From the NCBI RefSeq assembly GCF_030028105.1, contig NC_092383.1:86509921-86573920 (forward strand): a stretch of 64,000 nt of DNA, in the 5' to 3' direction. The notes beneath the pieces are model-generated. The model did not search any database and had not been told where the DNA came from. It worked only from the letters and a program-made list of their open reading frames with translations. The translations under genes and the position numbers were made by a program. Of this stretch, positions 48,862 to 62,768 are shown in pieces (within the stretch, counting starts at the first letter, position 1; each line of letters opens with the position of its first letter). The DNA comes from Mobula birostris. Lineage: Eukaryota.

Positions 48862-50279
48862 ACAAAGGTTCTGAACTTAAAGAGGGGTAACTTTGAAGGT
48901 ATGAGACGTGAATTAGCTAAGTTAGACTGGCAAATGACACTTAAAGGATTGACGGTGGATATGCAATGGCAAGCATTTAAAGGTTGCATGGATGAACTAC
49001 AACAATTGTTCATCCCAGTTTGGCAAAAGAATAAATCAAGGAAGGTAGTGCACCCATGGCTGACAAGAGAAATTAGGGATAGTATCAATTCCAAAGAAGA
49101 AGCATACAAATTAGCCAGAGAAAGTGGCTCACCTGAGGACTGGGAGAAATTCAGAGTTCAGCAGAGGAGGACAAAGGGCTTAATTAGGAAGGGGAAAAAA
49201 GATTATGAGAGAAAACTGGCAGGGAACATAAAAACGGACTGTAAAAGCTTTTATAGATATGTAAAAAGGAAAAGACTGGTAAAGACAAATGTAGGTTCCC
49301 TACAGACAGAAACAGGTGAATTGATTATGGGGAGCAAGGACATGGCAGACCAATTGAATAATTACTTCGGTTCTGTCTTCACTAAGGAGGACATAAATAA
49401 TCTTCCAGAAATAGTAGGGGACAGAGGGTCCAGTGAGATGGAGGAACTGAGCGAAATACATGTTACTAGGGAAGTGGTGTTAGGTAAATTGAAGGGATTG
49501 TAGGCAGATAAATCCCCAGGGCCAGATGGTCTGCATCCTATAGTGCTTAAGGAAGTAGCCCAAGAAATAGTGGATGCATTAGTGATAATTTTTCAAAACT
49601 CGTTAGATTCTGGACTAGTTCCTGAGAGTTGGAGGGTGGCTAATGTAACCCCACTTTTTAAAAAAGGAGGGAGAGAGAAACCGGGGAATTATAGAACGGT
49701 TAGCCTAACGTCGGTGGTGGGGAAACTGCTGGAGTCAGTTATCAAAGATGTGATAACAGCACATTTGGAAAGTGGTGAAATGATCGGACAAAGTCAGCAT
49801 GGATTTGTGAAAGGAAAATCATGTCTGACGAATCTCATAGAATTTTTTGAGGATGTAACTAGTAGAGTGGATAGGGGAGAACCAGTGGATGTGGTATATT
49901 TGGATTTTCAAAAGGCTTTTGACAAGGTCCCACACAGGAGATTAGTGTGCAAACTTAAAGCACACGGTATTGGGGGTAAGGTATTGATGTGGATGGAGAA
50001 TTGGTTAGCAGACAGGAAGCAAAGAGTGGGAATAAACGGGACCTTTTCAGAATGGCAGGGGGTGACTAGTGGCGTACCGCAAGGCTCAGTGCTGGAACCC
50101 CAGTTGTTTACAATATATATTAATGACTTGGATGAGGGAATTAAATGCAGCATCTCCAAGTTTGCAGATGACACGAAGCTGGGTGGCAGTGTTAGCTGTG
50201 AGGAGGATGCTAAGAGGATGCAGAGTGACTTGGATAGGTTGGGTGAGTGGGCAAATTCATGGCAGATGTAATTTAATGT
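48862..50279 (+). mobile_element. Young CR1 internal fragment in a gene D intron
   Basis: Near-identical to 39462-40879; own stops at 49501 and 50269; lacks the 3' tail. Confidence 0.94.
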
Positions 50280-52974
50280 GTTTTTCCATTATCCATTTCA
50301 ATAATCTACTTACAAGGTAAAAACATATATCAACTTTCATGTCAAAAGTTATTGCAGAATATTTGGAGAGATTAGTTTATCTTGAACTCCTGGGATTAAA
50401 ACATGTTGTCGAGCGTTGGTTGTACTACTGGTTGTGAAAATGAAAACAATATTCTCACAGGCATTCAGTACAAGTAAATGAAATTATAAATTTCCCCTGA
50501 ATTATCTCTCATATGGCGGGGGGGGAGGCAATCATAGCACCAGCAATGAGAACATTGTACATTTAAGCAGGACTGGATCAAGTGACTTACCTTGCAGTTG
50601 ATACTGTTGTAAATGTTTCACATGAATATTCACGTCCTGTTGAGGCAAGGAAAGAAAATTCAGTCTCGCATGTTTACCCAGTGCAGTCAAGCAAGAGTAC
50701 ATGATTGGCAGGTGGAAACTCATGGTTTGAGTAAAAGGCTGATTGGTTACAGGGAGGTGAGTAATTTCTGTTTCTTGTGCATATTTGAACACCTGTTGCT
50801 GGGGAAATTACGAGGCTTGAGTTGGAGGGTTTGCAAACCATAATCCTAAGCAGACAGAAGTGGAAGTTCCAGCCAGGCAATTGACATCTGCCAGCTCTGG
50901 GAGATCTGTTGTTGGGGCCACAACACCCACCGGAAAGACATACACATCTCTGCACTGAGTGTATGTGGAGATATTGGACCAAGTACAGTTGTTGATACAA
51001 CAGGATAATGCTTCTGTTCTCAATGAAAAAACAACTTGTATAATGCAAGATGCTGGAGGAACTCAGCAGTTCAGGCTGCATCTATGGAAAGAATAAACAG
51101 TCGACATTTCAGACCAAGACCTTTCTGATGAAGGATCTTTGCATGAAAAATTGACTGTATACTTCTTTGCATAGATGCTGCCTGGCCTGATGAGTTCTTC
51201 CAGCATTTTGTATATGTTGTTCTTGTTCTCCAGCATCTACAGAATCTCTTCTGTTCCTGTTTTAATAGTGGGATGACAAATGTCATTGAACATCATAGAG
51301 TTATACAGTATGGGAACTAGCCCTTCAGCTCAATTCATCCACACTAACCAGCATGAGCTAGTCCCATTGAGTCTACTCCACCATTTCAGCACAGCTGATC
51401 CATTTCCCTTTCAACCTCGTTTTCCTGCCTTCTCCCCATTACCTTTCATGTCCTGACTAATCAAGAACTTATCAACCACAGCCATAAAGGTATCTGGTGA
51501 TCTGACCTTCACCACCACCTGTGGCAACAAATTCCTGTCTCACCTCCCTCTGGCTAAAGAGTTTCCTCCTCATCTCTGTTCCAAATGGACATCACTCTCT
51601 TTTGACTCTGTGCCCTCTGGGTTTTGACTTTCCCACCAATGCAAACATCCTCTTCACATCCACTGTATAAAGGCCTTTCACCATTCGATCAGCTTCAATC
51701 AGATCTCCCCTCATTCTTCTAAATTCCAGTGAGTACAGGTCCTGAGCCTTCAATTGCTATTCATATGATAATCTTTTCATTCCCGGAATCGTTCTTGTGA
51801 ACCTCCTTTGAACTATCTCCAATGCCAACACATCTTATTTTAGATAAAAGGCCCAGAAATACTCACAATATGGACGTCCCTGTAAAGGACAGGCCTTCAT
51901 TAATCAGAGGATTGAGATCAAGAGTTGTGAGGTAATTGTGTAATACCAGTGGTCACCATCTCCTGGCAGAATATCTATTGCAACCCTCTGCCTTCTGTAA
52001 GAAAACCAATTTCTATTATTAGAATATCTCAAATGAAGAGGCACTGTAACAAGATAAGGATCAGGTAATTTAAAATTGGATTTAAATTCACAATCCTTAG
52101 AATCCTACACCTGGATGGTGGTGGAGGCTGGATCAGTGGGGATCTTTAAACAGAAAGTACCGTAGATATTTTTTGATAAAGATCAGGAAATGGCGAACTG
52201 TAGGAAAATGATGCAGAAGAGCTAAGAAAGCCTAGTACAGATCAGCCAAGATGATATTGAATAGTGGAGTAGTCTTGAGACACCAAACAGCCTGCTTGGT
52301 TTCTTGAGTTCAGTCCTTACACCTATTGCATGTGACTTCCATTGCTTCTTTAGCCTGTATAATTCTCTCTATTTGCCACGAAACAAACTACTGGAAACTG
52401 TTTATAAATCCAGAAGGTGTGAGTTTGGGTATTTGCTGGTTCTCAAAGATGAGAAAATCTCAGTCAGCAACTAGAAATGTCAGCAATTTAGACGCAAAGC
52501 CACCATGCACAGCAAGAGCAGGCTGCAGGCAGGAAACTCTCTGGTGAGGGACTCACTTCTCAGCTACCGAACAGGGCATGCCGTTCCCTGCAAGATTTGT
52601 CACAATGCAGCTTAAAGAACATAACAGATGAACACTCCCACCCACTAACCCACCCCTCCACAACCCCCACCACCACTACTTTATCATTTCATGTCAGGCA
52701 CCTCAGGTAGATACACTATTGTGCCTAGCAGCAATTTACTTACATACAACCAATGTATATAAACAATTTTATGTATTTATATGTATCATGTTTATTAACG
52801 ATTGTGTTCTGTACCTTATTGTTATTTTTTATGGGTGCATTAGATCTAGAGTAACAATTAGTTTGTTCTCCTTATATTTGCATATTGGAAATGATATTAA
52901 GCAATCTTGAATCTTGAAGACGGTACATGATACTCAATCAATCTCCCTAATGATTCGCACCCTCCACCACTTAC

Positions 52975-53295
52975 CAGTGCCAGTGAACTGAATCACAAAG
53001 CTGCAGTTGTCTCCTCTGTTGTCGATGGACACGTTCACTATTTCACTAGACTTTGCTCCATGAGTATTGGAGGCAGTGCAGTAATATTGATAGTGTTGGT
53101 GTTTGAAGGATTGACAACGTAGATCCAGTTGACTGTTTTCAGAGACTTTTGAATCCACAGATGAGATATTTTCATGCCATGTGTACTGAATGGGAAGGGA
53201 TCCCTGGACAGACTCACAGGACACTGACACGGAGCCCCCAACACACACGATATTTGCAGAAGACAGATATCGAAGCACAGGAACAGACACTGGTT
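52975..53295 (-). CDS. Gene D exon: C2-type Ig domain (C2c class, membrane-proximal)
   Basis: Acceptor tctttcccacag|AACCA, donor ACTG|GTAAGT; 321 nt, open: VSVPVLRY...SCESVQGSLPIQYTWHE...YYCTASN. Confidence 0.9.
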
Positions 53296-53609
53296 CTGTG
53301 GGAAAGAATCAGTCAACATATTGAAATCAATATGTGGGCATCTGAACTCCACATCAATCCCAGATGCCTGAACCCCGCGTCTGCCACTATTCCAAAACAC
53401 AGCAGGAGTCCAGATCAGAACAGCAGCAATGACAGTGAGGATGTGATGTGTCAGCGTGAAAATCAGGGTACAATCTCTCACAGCTACAAGGAGACAGTCA
53501 CCACTGGTGTTTGAAAAAAAATAATGCAAGCGTTGTTTGAAGGTGATAGTTTAATGGAAACTTGTGAGACAAGCTCTTTAGCTACAATGATTGTGGCGAC
53601 TCCCTGTAA

Positions 53610-55345
53610 CACACAGAAATTACTGGAGGAACTCAGCAGGCCAGGGAGCACCTACAGAAAAGAGTACAGTCGACATTTTGGGCCAAGGTTTTTCAGCAGA
53701 ACAGGAAGATGAGGACTCAGAGTCTGAGGGTGGGAGGAGGGGAGGGAGAAACGCAGGGTGATAGGTAAAACCAGTAGGGGGAAGCATAAAGTGACAGGGA
53801 GGGGAGAGGTAAAGGAAGGAGTTGGGAAGTTGATTGGTGAAAGAGATACAGGGCTGGAGAAAGCAGAATCGAATAGGGAAGGACAGAAGGCCATTGAGAA
53901 AGAAAAAGGGGGAGGAGCACCCCGAGGGAAGTGATGGGCAGGCAAGAAGATAATGTGAGAGAGGGAAATGGGAATGGGCAATAGAGAAAGGGGGGGGGAG
54001 GAACATTACTGGAAATTCGAGAAATCAATGTTCATGCCATCAGGCTGGAGGCTACACAAACGGAACAAAAAGTGTTGCTCCTACAACCTGAGTGTGGCCT
54101 CATCACAGCAATAGAAGAAGCCAGAGACTGACAGGTTGGGATGGGATTGGGAAGTGGAACTAAAATGGGTGGACACTGCAAGGTCCCGCTTTTTCTGGTG
54201 GATGGAGTGTATATGCTCGGCAAAGTTGTCTTCCATTCTACTTTGGGTCTCACTGATATACAAGAGGCCACACCGGGAGTACCGGATACAATAGATGACC
54301 CCAACAGACTCACAGGTGAAGTGTCGCCTCGCCTGGAAGGACTGTTTTGGACCCTAAATGGTAGTGAGGGAGGAGATGTAGGGGCAGATGTAGCAGTTGT
54401 CCGCTTGCAAGGATAAATGTCAGGAGGGAGTCTGTGGGGAGGTGTGAATGGACATGGGTGTTGTGCAGGAAGTGATCCCTGTAGAAAGCAGAAAGTGAGG
54501 GGAAAGGAAAGATGTGCCTGGTGACGGGATCCCATTGGAGATGGCAGAAGTTTCAGAGAAATATGTGATGGAGTTGCAGCTTAACGGGGTGGTAGGAGAC
54601 AACAGGAGGAACCCTAACACTGATGGGGTGGTGGGAAGATAGGGTGAGGGCAGACGTGTGTGAAATTGAAGAGATGTAGTTGAGGGCAGTGTTGATAGTG
54701 GAGAAAGGGAAGCCCCTTTCTTTCAAGAAGGAGGACATCTCTATCCTCCTGGAGTGAAAAGCCTCATCGTGAGAGCAGATGCAGTACAGAAAGAGAAATT
54801 GAGGGAAGGGGTTTGGTATTTTTACAAGTAACAGGGTGGGAAGAGGTATAGTCCAAGTAGCTGCAAGAGTCATTGGGGTTTGTAGCAATCTTCAGAGATA
54901 AACTGTCTCCTGAGATAGAGACAGACAATTTGAGGAAGGGAAGGGAGGTGCTGGAAAAGGACCTGGAAATTTGGAGTCAAAGTTGATGTAGTCAATTAGA
55001 TCGGCATGGGTGCAGGAAGCAGCACCAATGCAGTCATCAACGTAGCATTGGAAACGTGAGGGAGAGACACCAGTATAGACTTGGAACGTAGATTGATCCA
55101 TGCAGCCAACAAAAAGGCAGGCATAGCTGCGACCCATGCAAGTACCCATAGCTATTGTTTGAAGGAAGTGGGAGGAGCCAAAGGAGAAATTATTGAGAGT
55201 GACGATAAGTTCCGCAAGATGGAGGAGAGTGGTGATGGAGGGGAACTGGTTGGCTCTGGTGTCCAGAAAGCAGCAGAGACCTTTGAAGCCTTTCTGGTGG
55301 AGGATAGAGGTATGTAGGGAATGTACATGCATAGTGAAAATAAGA
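53610..55345 (-). mobile_element. Penelope-like element (RT C-half + GIY-YIG endonuclease + terminal repeat)
   Basis: LNNFSFGSSHFLQT.AMGTCMG.SYACLFVG...YVDDCIG, then YISETQSRMEDNFAEH. Short terminal pieces of the family recur at about 2040-2420, 14870-15300 and 21650-21960. Confidence 0.85.
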
Positions 55346-55606
55346 TGCTCGGGGCCAGAGAACCGGAAATCAGGGTGGCATTTCATACAGTTCAGAGGCA
55401 GGAAAATGTACTGAGCCTTTCCACTGGAAATTGTTGGCCAGTCAGTGGGACGGACAACATGTGGGGTTCCCAAACCTTGCCCACTCCCCACAGGGCTCTG
55501 CACTGCTGAGGAGCCTCAGGATATCCATGCTTCTCTGACACTTCCTCGAGCAAATATGGATCAGACATTTCACTGGACACATAAAGGTAATCAAGGAGAA
55601 ACCTAC

Positions 55607-55920
55607 CGTCAGATACTTGTAGATACACGTCAAACACTGGATGATTGCCAGATGTTGCAATTCCACATCTGTAAACTCCTGTATCTTGAGAGACAAGATT
55701 CTCCATAGTAACAGTAAATATTCCCTGGGATGTGTTATCTCTGATTGTTATTCTTCCATACTGCTCATTTGTCCCATTTGTATTCACTAATGATGTGCAT
55801 TGGCGACCCCACATGCGGCACAAATACTTTGTGTGTGAACGGTACTTTGGTCATTGTGACAATCGATTGTGATCGCTCTTCCCACAACTCCTCTTACTTT
55901 GTTTTCTGCCCATAAAGCAC
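55607..55920 (-). pseudogene. Gene D disabled Vb exon
   Basis: Close paralog of 5746-6060. Acceptor cag>tgg, and 314 nt long (1-nt loss after DCHN); donor GACG|GTAGGT intact. Confidence 0.85.
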
Positions 55921-58900
55921 CCAAAACTGAGGGAGAAATTCTTCTGAAAATGGACAGGTAAAATTCAAATTTACACAAGCAGATTCAAGATTGCTTCATG
56001 TCATTTCCTCTATACAAATATAAAGGAGAACAAAACCATTGTTCCTCCGGATCTGAAGCAGCACAGAAAAAGCAAATGATAAAGAAAGCAATAATAATAA
56101 AAAGAGATGTTTTATTTAAAGCTGTCAGTGTGTTCTAAGGAATCTACCACACCCTCAATTGGTGTAATTGAATTCCACATTGTCTGAAAAATGCTACCGC
56201 ATCGTCCCTCATCACAAGATCACGGCTCTTCACAAGTAATGATTTTTATTTGATTGGAGTCATCATTATCACTGCCCAGTGATGTCTCAGTGTGTTTCAA
56301 CAATTCTGAGTCAATAGATTACTGATCCAGTCCTATTCCAGGCAGGTGAGCACAAGATCGGTAGTGGATAAATTACCAGAGGTAGTTCTCTGAGACAGGG
56401 TCTACCTGAATTTGCAAAGGCATGATCTGGTTGTGGATAGTCAACGTGATTTTGTGCATGGGAAATCTACTCTCAAGAAATTGACAAGGTTTTTTTTTGA
56501 AGGGATGAAGAAACGGACTGATGAGGGCAGGAGCAGTAGCATGTAGCACATGGAGTTTAGCAAGGCCTTTGAAAACATCTCACATAGCAGACAGATTTGT
56601 ATTGTGAGATCACATGGTAAGCTAGTTGGTTGGATACAGAATAGGCTGAAGGGATCTCGAAAGAGAACTGGTGTTCAGCCCCATTACTCTGTGCTAGCCA
56701 GATTCCCCCACATGAGCCCAACCCGTCTGCCTGCATTTGATCCATCTCCCTCTCTTCTCACCAGAGCCATCTATTCAAGTTGAATTTCAAGTTTAATTGT
56801 CATTCAACCATATATGGATACTGCCAAATGTAACAGCGATATTCCTGGACAAGGACGAAAAATACAGTAACAACGGTGAAACATAGCAGAAGGCTCATAT
56901 AAAATAGCAGTCAAGAAAAAATTATATGTAGTTTGTTTATGGTACACATAATTTCATAATTAGTTTACTTTGAATATTGAACTTGGAAAGTGGCTAATGG
57001 AATGACTGATGTATGGAACTCAGGCAGTGTGAAGTAATGAATTTTGGGAAGTGGAACAAGGACAAAACGTACACAGCAGAGAACCAGGTTTGCAACTACA
57101 CAGGTCCCTGAATGTGGCAACACAGGTGGACAAACTGCTGAACAAGGAATATGACCAGTTGCCTTCATTGGATGGGGCATTAAGTAGAGCTGGGATGGCA
57201 TGTTACAACTATAAAGGACATTGACAAGACCTCATCTCGACTACTCTGTGCAGTTCCAGAGGAAGAATGTGATTAATTAGAGAAGGTACAGAAAGCATTC
57301 ACAAAGATGCTTCTGAAACTGGACGGTCTGGGTTTTGGATAGGCTGGGACAGTTTTCCCTGAAGTGAACACAGCTGAGGTTTAAAAATTAAGAGGGGCAA
57401 AGATATGCTGGATAATCACAGTCTTTATCCCAACTTTGGGGAGTCGAAAACTAGAGAGCCAAGACTGACGGTGAGGGTGGAAAGTCTTTGAGGGCCTGGA
57501 GGGGCAGTGTTTTCCACACAGAGCAGTGTGTATGTGAAAAGGCTGCCAGAAGAAGTACTAGGGGGTGGGAATAAATTCACCTTTAAAATACTTTTGGACA
57601 AGTTCATGAAATTTGCTGAAGTTAGTCCATAGCCACAAAGTGAGTCATCACTGCAGCACATTAATTGCAGGCCACAGACTGAGTTCAGCGCAGAAGTGAG
57701 TAAACCTTGTTGACAAACTAATTAAACACCAGCCCATCCCCTTGCCTATGACATGCATTCCTTTAGTTTTTCGCACAGGTTTCGAAGGTATATTATCTTT
57801 GTCACAATCACGAAATACAGCAGCCTTGTTCATATCAGTATAGAAGGAATGGGTTCCCTTCTCATTTCTGAAGGTGAGGAAGGTACTTTAACCAGCAACC
57901 TGAAACTCAGTTTCAGTAGTCACAATGTTAATTGGGCTGCTCAGGAAATCCTAAAGCTGGTGATGATCATAACACAATGAGATCATAAGACATAGGAGAA
58001 TTAGGCCATTCGACCTATATCGACTGCTCTGCCATTCCATCTTGGCTGATTTATTATCCCTCTCAATCTTATTCTCTTGCCTTTTCCCTGTAACCTTTAA
58101 TGCCCTCACTACTCAAAGACCAATCAAACTCAGCTTTAAATAAACCCGATGACTCGGCCTCAACAGCCATCTGTGGTAATAAATTCCACAGATTCACCAC
58201 CATCTGGCTAAAGAAATTCCTCCTCATCTCAGTTCTAATGCTGTCTGTTAGGGGTCTGTACTTCTTCCACGTAGAATGCATAGGCTTTCCCCGGCTGCTC
58301 CAGTTTCCTCCCACAGTCCAAAACCATGTTAATTGGTCCCTGTTAATAGTCCTGTGATTATGTTAAAATTATCAGCTTTGTCGAGGGTTAATGGGGCAGC
58401 ATGGCTTGAAGGGCCAGAATGGCCTATTCCGGGCCAAATCTTTAAATAAATAAAAAGAAAGAATGTTCTTGTAAGGAGCAAGCCCAGGTACATTACAAGA
58501 TCAAGAGCTCATTTTATGATACTAGGAGACCATCCAATAGTTTCACAACAGTGAGAAAGAAGCTGTCCTTGAAGTTTGTAGTACATGCTTTCAGACTTTT
58601 GTAATTTCTGCCCGATAGGAGGTGAGAGGAAGAGAATATGTCAGTGAAAGTTGGATCTTCAATTAGATTGGCTGCTTTACCAAGTCAGTGAAAAGTATTA
58701 AAAACAATAAAAAATATAAATTACTGCAAATATCCAAAAAGTATAATTTTGTATGTATGCACACTTGTGTGTAACAATCAGGATGTGGGGAGAAGCTGAG
58801 GTAAATATCTAGAGATTCCACTGCACTCACAGTTGAAGGATCTAATAAAGGAAAGATTGCATTTGCTTAAAACCAGCTCTCCTATAAAAATCAATTCCCG

Positions 58901-61900
58901 CCAAATCCCACACTGGTTTGGACATTGATTGCTGAGCTCTTACTAGTGTCATGTCAAAATTTTTTCTCATCTGAACTGTGGAATATCTTCAACAGACCCA
59001 GCAGAAGACCTACAGTGAATGTCTTAGGGCAAGCAGTTTGACAATCACATGAGCTCATTACAGACAGAGAGCGGATTAATGAGAGCAGGGCAGTGGATGT
59101 TGTCTATCTGAAACTCAATAAGGCCTTTGACAAGGACCCATTAGTTCAAGATGGTCTAGCAAATTGAATATAACATTGGCTTGATGGGATGAGTTAGTGG
59201 ATTGTCATGGGGGGTTTTCAAATTGGAGGTTTTGCATTTTGGCAAGTTAAACCACTGCAAGACGTACAGTAAATGGTCGGAGGATGCTATGGAGAATGTT
59301 GCAAAAAAGTGATCTGCTCTTCCAGGTACATTGTTACCTGAATATGATGACACAGGTAGACAGGATGGTGAAGAAGGCATTTGGTACACTTACTTTGTTA
59401 GTCAGGGCACTGCGTACAAGATTATTATATTATGTTATGGCTGTACAAGATGTTAGTGAGACTACTCTTCAAATACCATGTGCAGATGTTGTCTCCTGAT
59501 AATAGGAAATATATCATTGGACTGGAAAGGGTGCAGCAGAAAAATCATGAGGACATTCCTGAGAATGAAGGGATAGAGTTATAATGGAGGGTTGGAAGGA
59601 TGAGACTTTTGCCCTGGAGCTTAGAATGCTGACGGGTCATTTAACAGAGGTATATAAAATCATGAGGGGCACCTATAAGGTGAATGGTCACTGTCTTTTT
59701 ACAAGGGGAGGGGACAGTAAAGCCAGCAGGTGCAGGCTACAATTTAGCGGTGAAAGGTCCTAAAGAGCAATTTTATACACAGAGGGTCTTAGGTATATGG
59801 AACAACCTGCCATAGCAATCCATAGGAGTGGGAGCATTTACAACATTCAGAAGACATTTTGACAGATACATGAGTAGCAAAGGCTTAGAACAAGGGTTCA
59901 CAAACGTTTTTGCCATGTCCCCCTACCATTAACTAAGGGGTCCATAGAGTCAGTGTCACTGGTTAATTTGCTCTGTAGTTTACAGAACTGAATTTATGCA
60001 CCTCAGTTTGTTTATTTATGTGTAATCCATTTGCAGATCTCATCCCCACTTTCATAAGTTATTATGTGTTATGCGTGTTACACCCTGGTTTGGAGAAACA
60101 TTGTCTCGTTTGATGGCATACATCTATATAGTTATATGACAATAAAATTCACTTGACTTGACTTGACTGGTCTTGACCGCAGGTTGGGAATCTCTGGCAG
60201 AGAAGGATATGGGATAAATAAAATTACAGGTGCTCTACCTAGATGAAAATCTCGGTTGACTTGGACGAGTCAGGCTGACGGGCCAGTTGTTCTAGTAAAC
60301 AACAAGCACTTTATGACTCAGAACATGAGTTTCAATTGCTATGCTCAAATTATTAAATATTTGGAAAAATAAATTTATCTTTGATCTCAGGCTTGACGCA
60401 TGTACAAGAAAATCAGGAATATTCAGATTCCAACACATCATTTCATTGAAGTTAATCATGTCAGATAAGTTTAACACCAGTTAAAGAGAAACATAGTTCT
60501 CTCCCAGCTGGCTCTATTTGAAAGCAATTACAGTGAAATCCCCTGTAGAGAGAACCTAATACTTTACATTTGAGGTGATGTAGTTTTTTTCCTTTCTGCA
60601 GTTGTCATCGATTCTGTCACATTATTTTTACAGAAATGATTTCGCCCTGTTAAAAGAAAATAAAATTCAATTTCATCTGCTTTGTATTTAAAAGAACAAA
60701 AGAGCACAATTGTTAGACCAACAGGTAGTTTAGTGTGGTGGACCAAAGGTGATCTATACTGAATGCACATTAAAAGTTGAAGATGACATTTTTTCCTCAC
60801 ATGTACATCAGATCATACAGTGAAATGTGTTGTTTACAATGACCAACACAGAATATGTGCTGGGGGCAGCCTGCAAGTGTTCCATGTTTCCAGTGCCAAA
60901 ATAGCTTCCCTTTGACATACCAATACTAACCTGTGCGTCTCTGGAATGTGGGAGGAAAGCGCGACACCCGGAGGAAACTCATACAGCTACTAAGAGAACG
61001 TACAAACAACTTGCAATAGTGGTTGGAATTGGACCCGGATTGCTGATTGCTAATTGCTGTTCTACTGTGCACCCAATTACATTTACTGATGGCTTGGATT
61101 CTTTCCCATACTCAGTACCTGATGGTGTGGAGATGCAGCTGGGAAAGTTAAAGGACTTGGATTGAGGAAACTGTAATTCTATCTAATTAGGGAAAGGTCC
61201 ATCTAGGGAGATGGCCTCAGCCGGCATGGCGAGATCACTTTCCAGGGCCCCATCACCCTCTGCAGAGTTGGTGATAGCTGTACTTGAATATACAGGGAGA
61301 TAGTGGTTCAAGTACACTTTTTGTCCAAAAGGATAATGTAGGAGATTTTTTCAATGAAAAGTCAAAGTCTTTTCCTTCCCATATCTCTTGATCTTTCTAC
61401 CTCTGAGAAAAATAACTCAATCTTTCTTGCATATAGGTTCAGCACATTCTGGGCGAAGAAATCCTTCCTAATCCCAGTATTAAATGTCTCACCCTTTAGA
61501 TTATTTCTAAGCCTCCATGCTTACTTACTTACTGCCCATTACAACATTGGCATTTAGGGCAGCAATGAAGGTTTTCTATCCCTAGCATTGTTCAGGGCTT
61601 CCTCCATCATGTCAGTAGATTCCTTTCGGTTTTCACTGCTGTCAGTCATGCAAGTCCCAGATGCAGACTGAGCAATACCATCAATCTCTGATGTAGAAGG
61701 ATTCTTCATTCCTGTTTCCATAACAATTTTGTTTTACCACTCAGCTTTGTTAGTCCTGAGCTGAACCCCCAAACCTGGAGGACTGGTGGATCACTCTAAG
61801 TCTGACCTCTACACTTTGACCTATATAGGCATGGGTGAGCCTACAAAGAGCCAAAGTATAAAGACCTCACTCCAGCCAACAGAGATCTCCAGGTTATTGA

Positions 61901-62447
61901 GGCATGCAAGACTCCAAATCCAACAGCAAGGTTGTGATCCTCTTGGAGGTAAGATTCCATAGACTGTCCAGTATTCCCTGGTATTGGAAGCCTTCTAACT
62001 GCATCTGTTTCAGCCTGGTAAAATATTGCAGCTTTCTATGAGATCACCTTTCAGTCTGGTGAACTCCAGGAAATAAAAACCTGATCAACCAATTCTCTGT
62101 TCTTGTGTCACTCATGGCATCCCAGAAATCAGTCTGCTGATCCTTTGCTAGCTTCCTTCCATAACAAGAACATCTTTCATCAGACCAAAACTGTTGGTGA
62201 CATGAGAGTGAGGATGAAGAGATTGTCTGACTGATTTAAGCTTTAGGCCAGAATGGAAAAGTGGGGTATGCGCCAAATTGAGGCAGCGAGTCCCAGGCAC
62301 AGGAGCGTATCGAAGCAGCACGAACCCCCTACCATCTAAGCCATGTGTACTGGATATTGTGTTCCAACAATACAATATCCAGTACACATCAGTCACTCAG
62401 TTGTACTCCATTGACAATCATAAAATATTAAACTCTGCACTACTTAC

Positions 62448-62768
62448 CCATTCTGTTGACATCAATCACATTTCTGCAGTTCCTGACATTGTTGGAGATG
62501 GACACGCTGATCATTTCACTAGTCTTTTCCCCATTATCATTTGAGACTTTGCAATAATACAGATATTTTTTGTATTTTAAGGATTGACAATGTAGATCCA
62601 GTTTATTGGTAACAGAGATCTTTGAATCCACAGTTGGGGTCTTTTCGTACCATGAATACTGAATGGGAAGGGATCCATGGCCAGACTCACAGGACACTGA
62701 CACATAGTCCCCACAACCTGAGCCACTTGTTAGTGGTGAAAATCGAAGCAAAGGAACAGACACGGGTT
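62448..62768 (-). CDS. Gene D exon: C2-type Ig domain (C2b class)
   Basis: Acceptor ttttccacag|AACCC, donor ATGG|GTAAGT; 321 nt, open; paralog of 2925-3245. Confidence 0.9.

Noticed and set aside
50790-50845. Candidate extra stalk exon
   Set aside because: Weak donor (GTGTTC), stop codon in the phase-1 frame, and the homologous stretch is deleted in the gene A paralog.
53620-54028. Pro/Ser/Leu-rich ORFs in three frames
   Set aside because: Low-complexity terminal region of the Penelope-like element, repeated elsewhere in the window.
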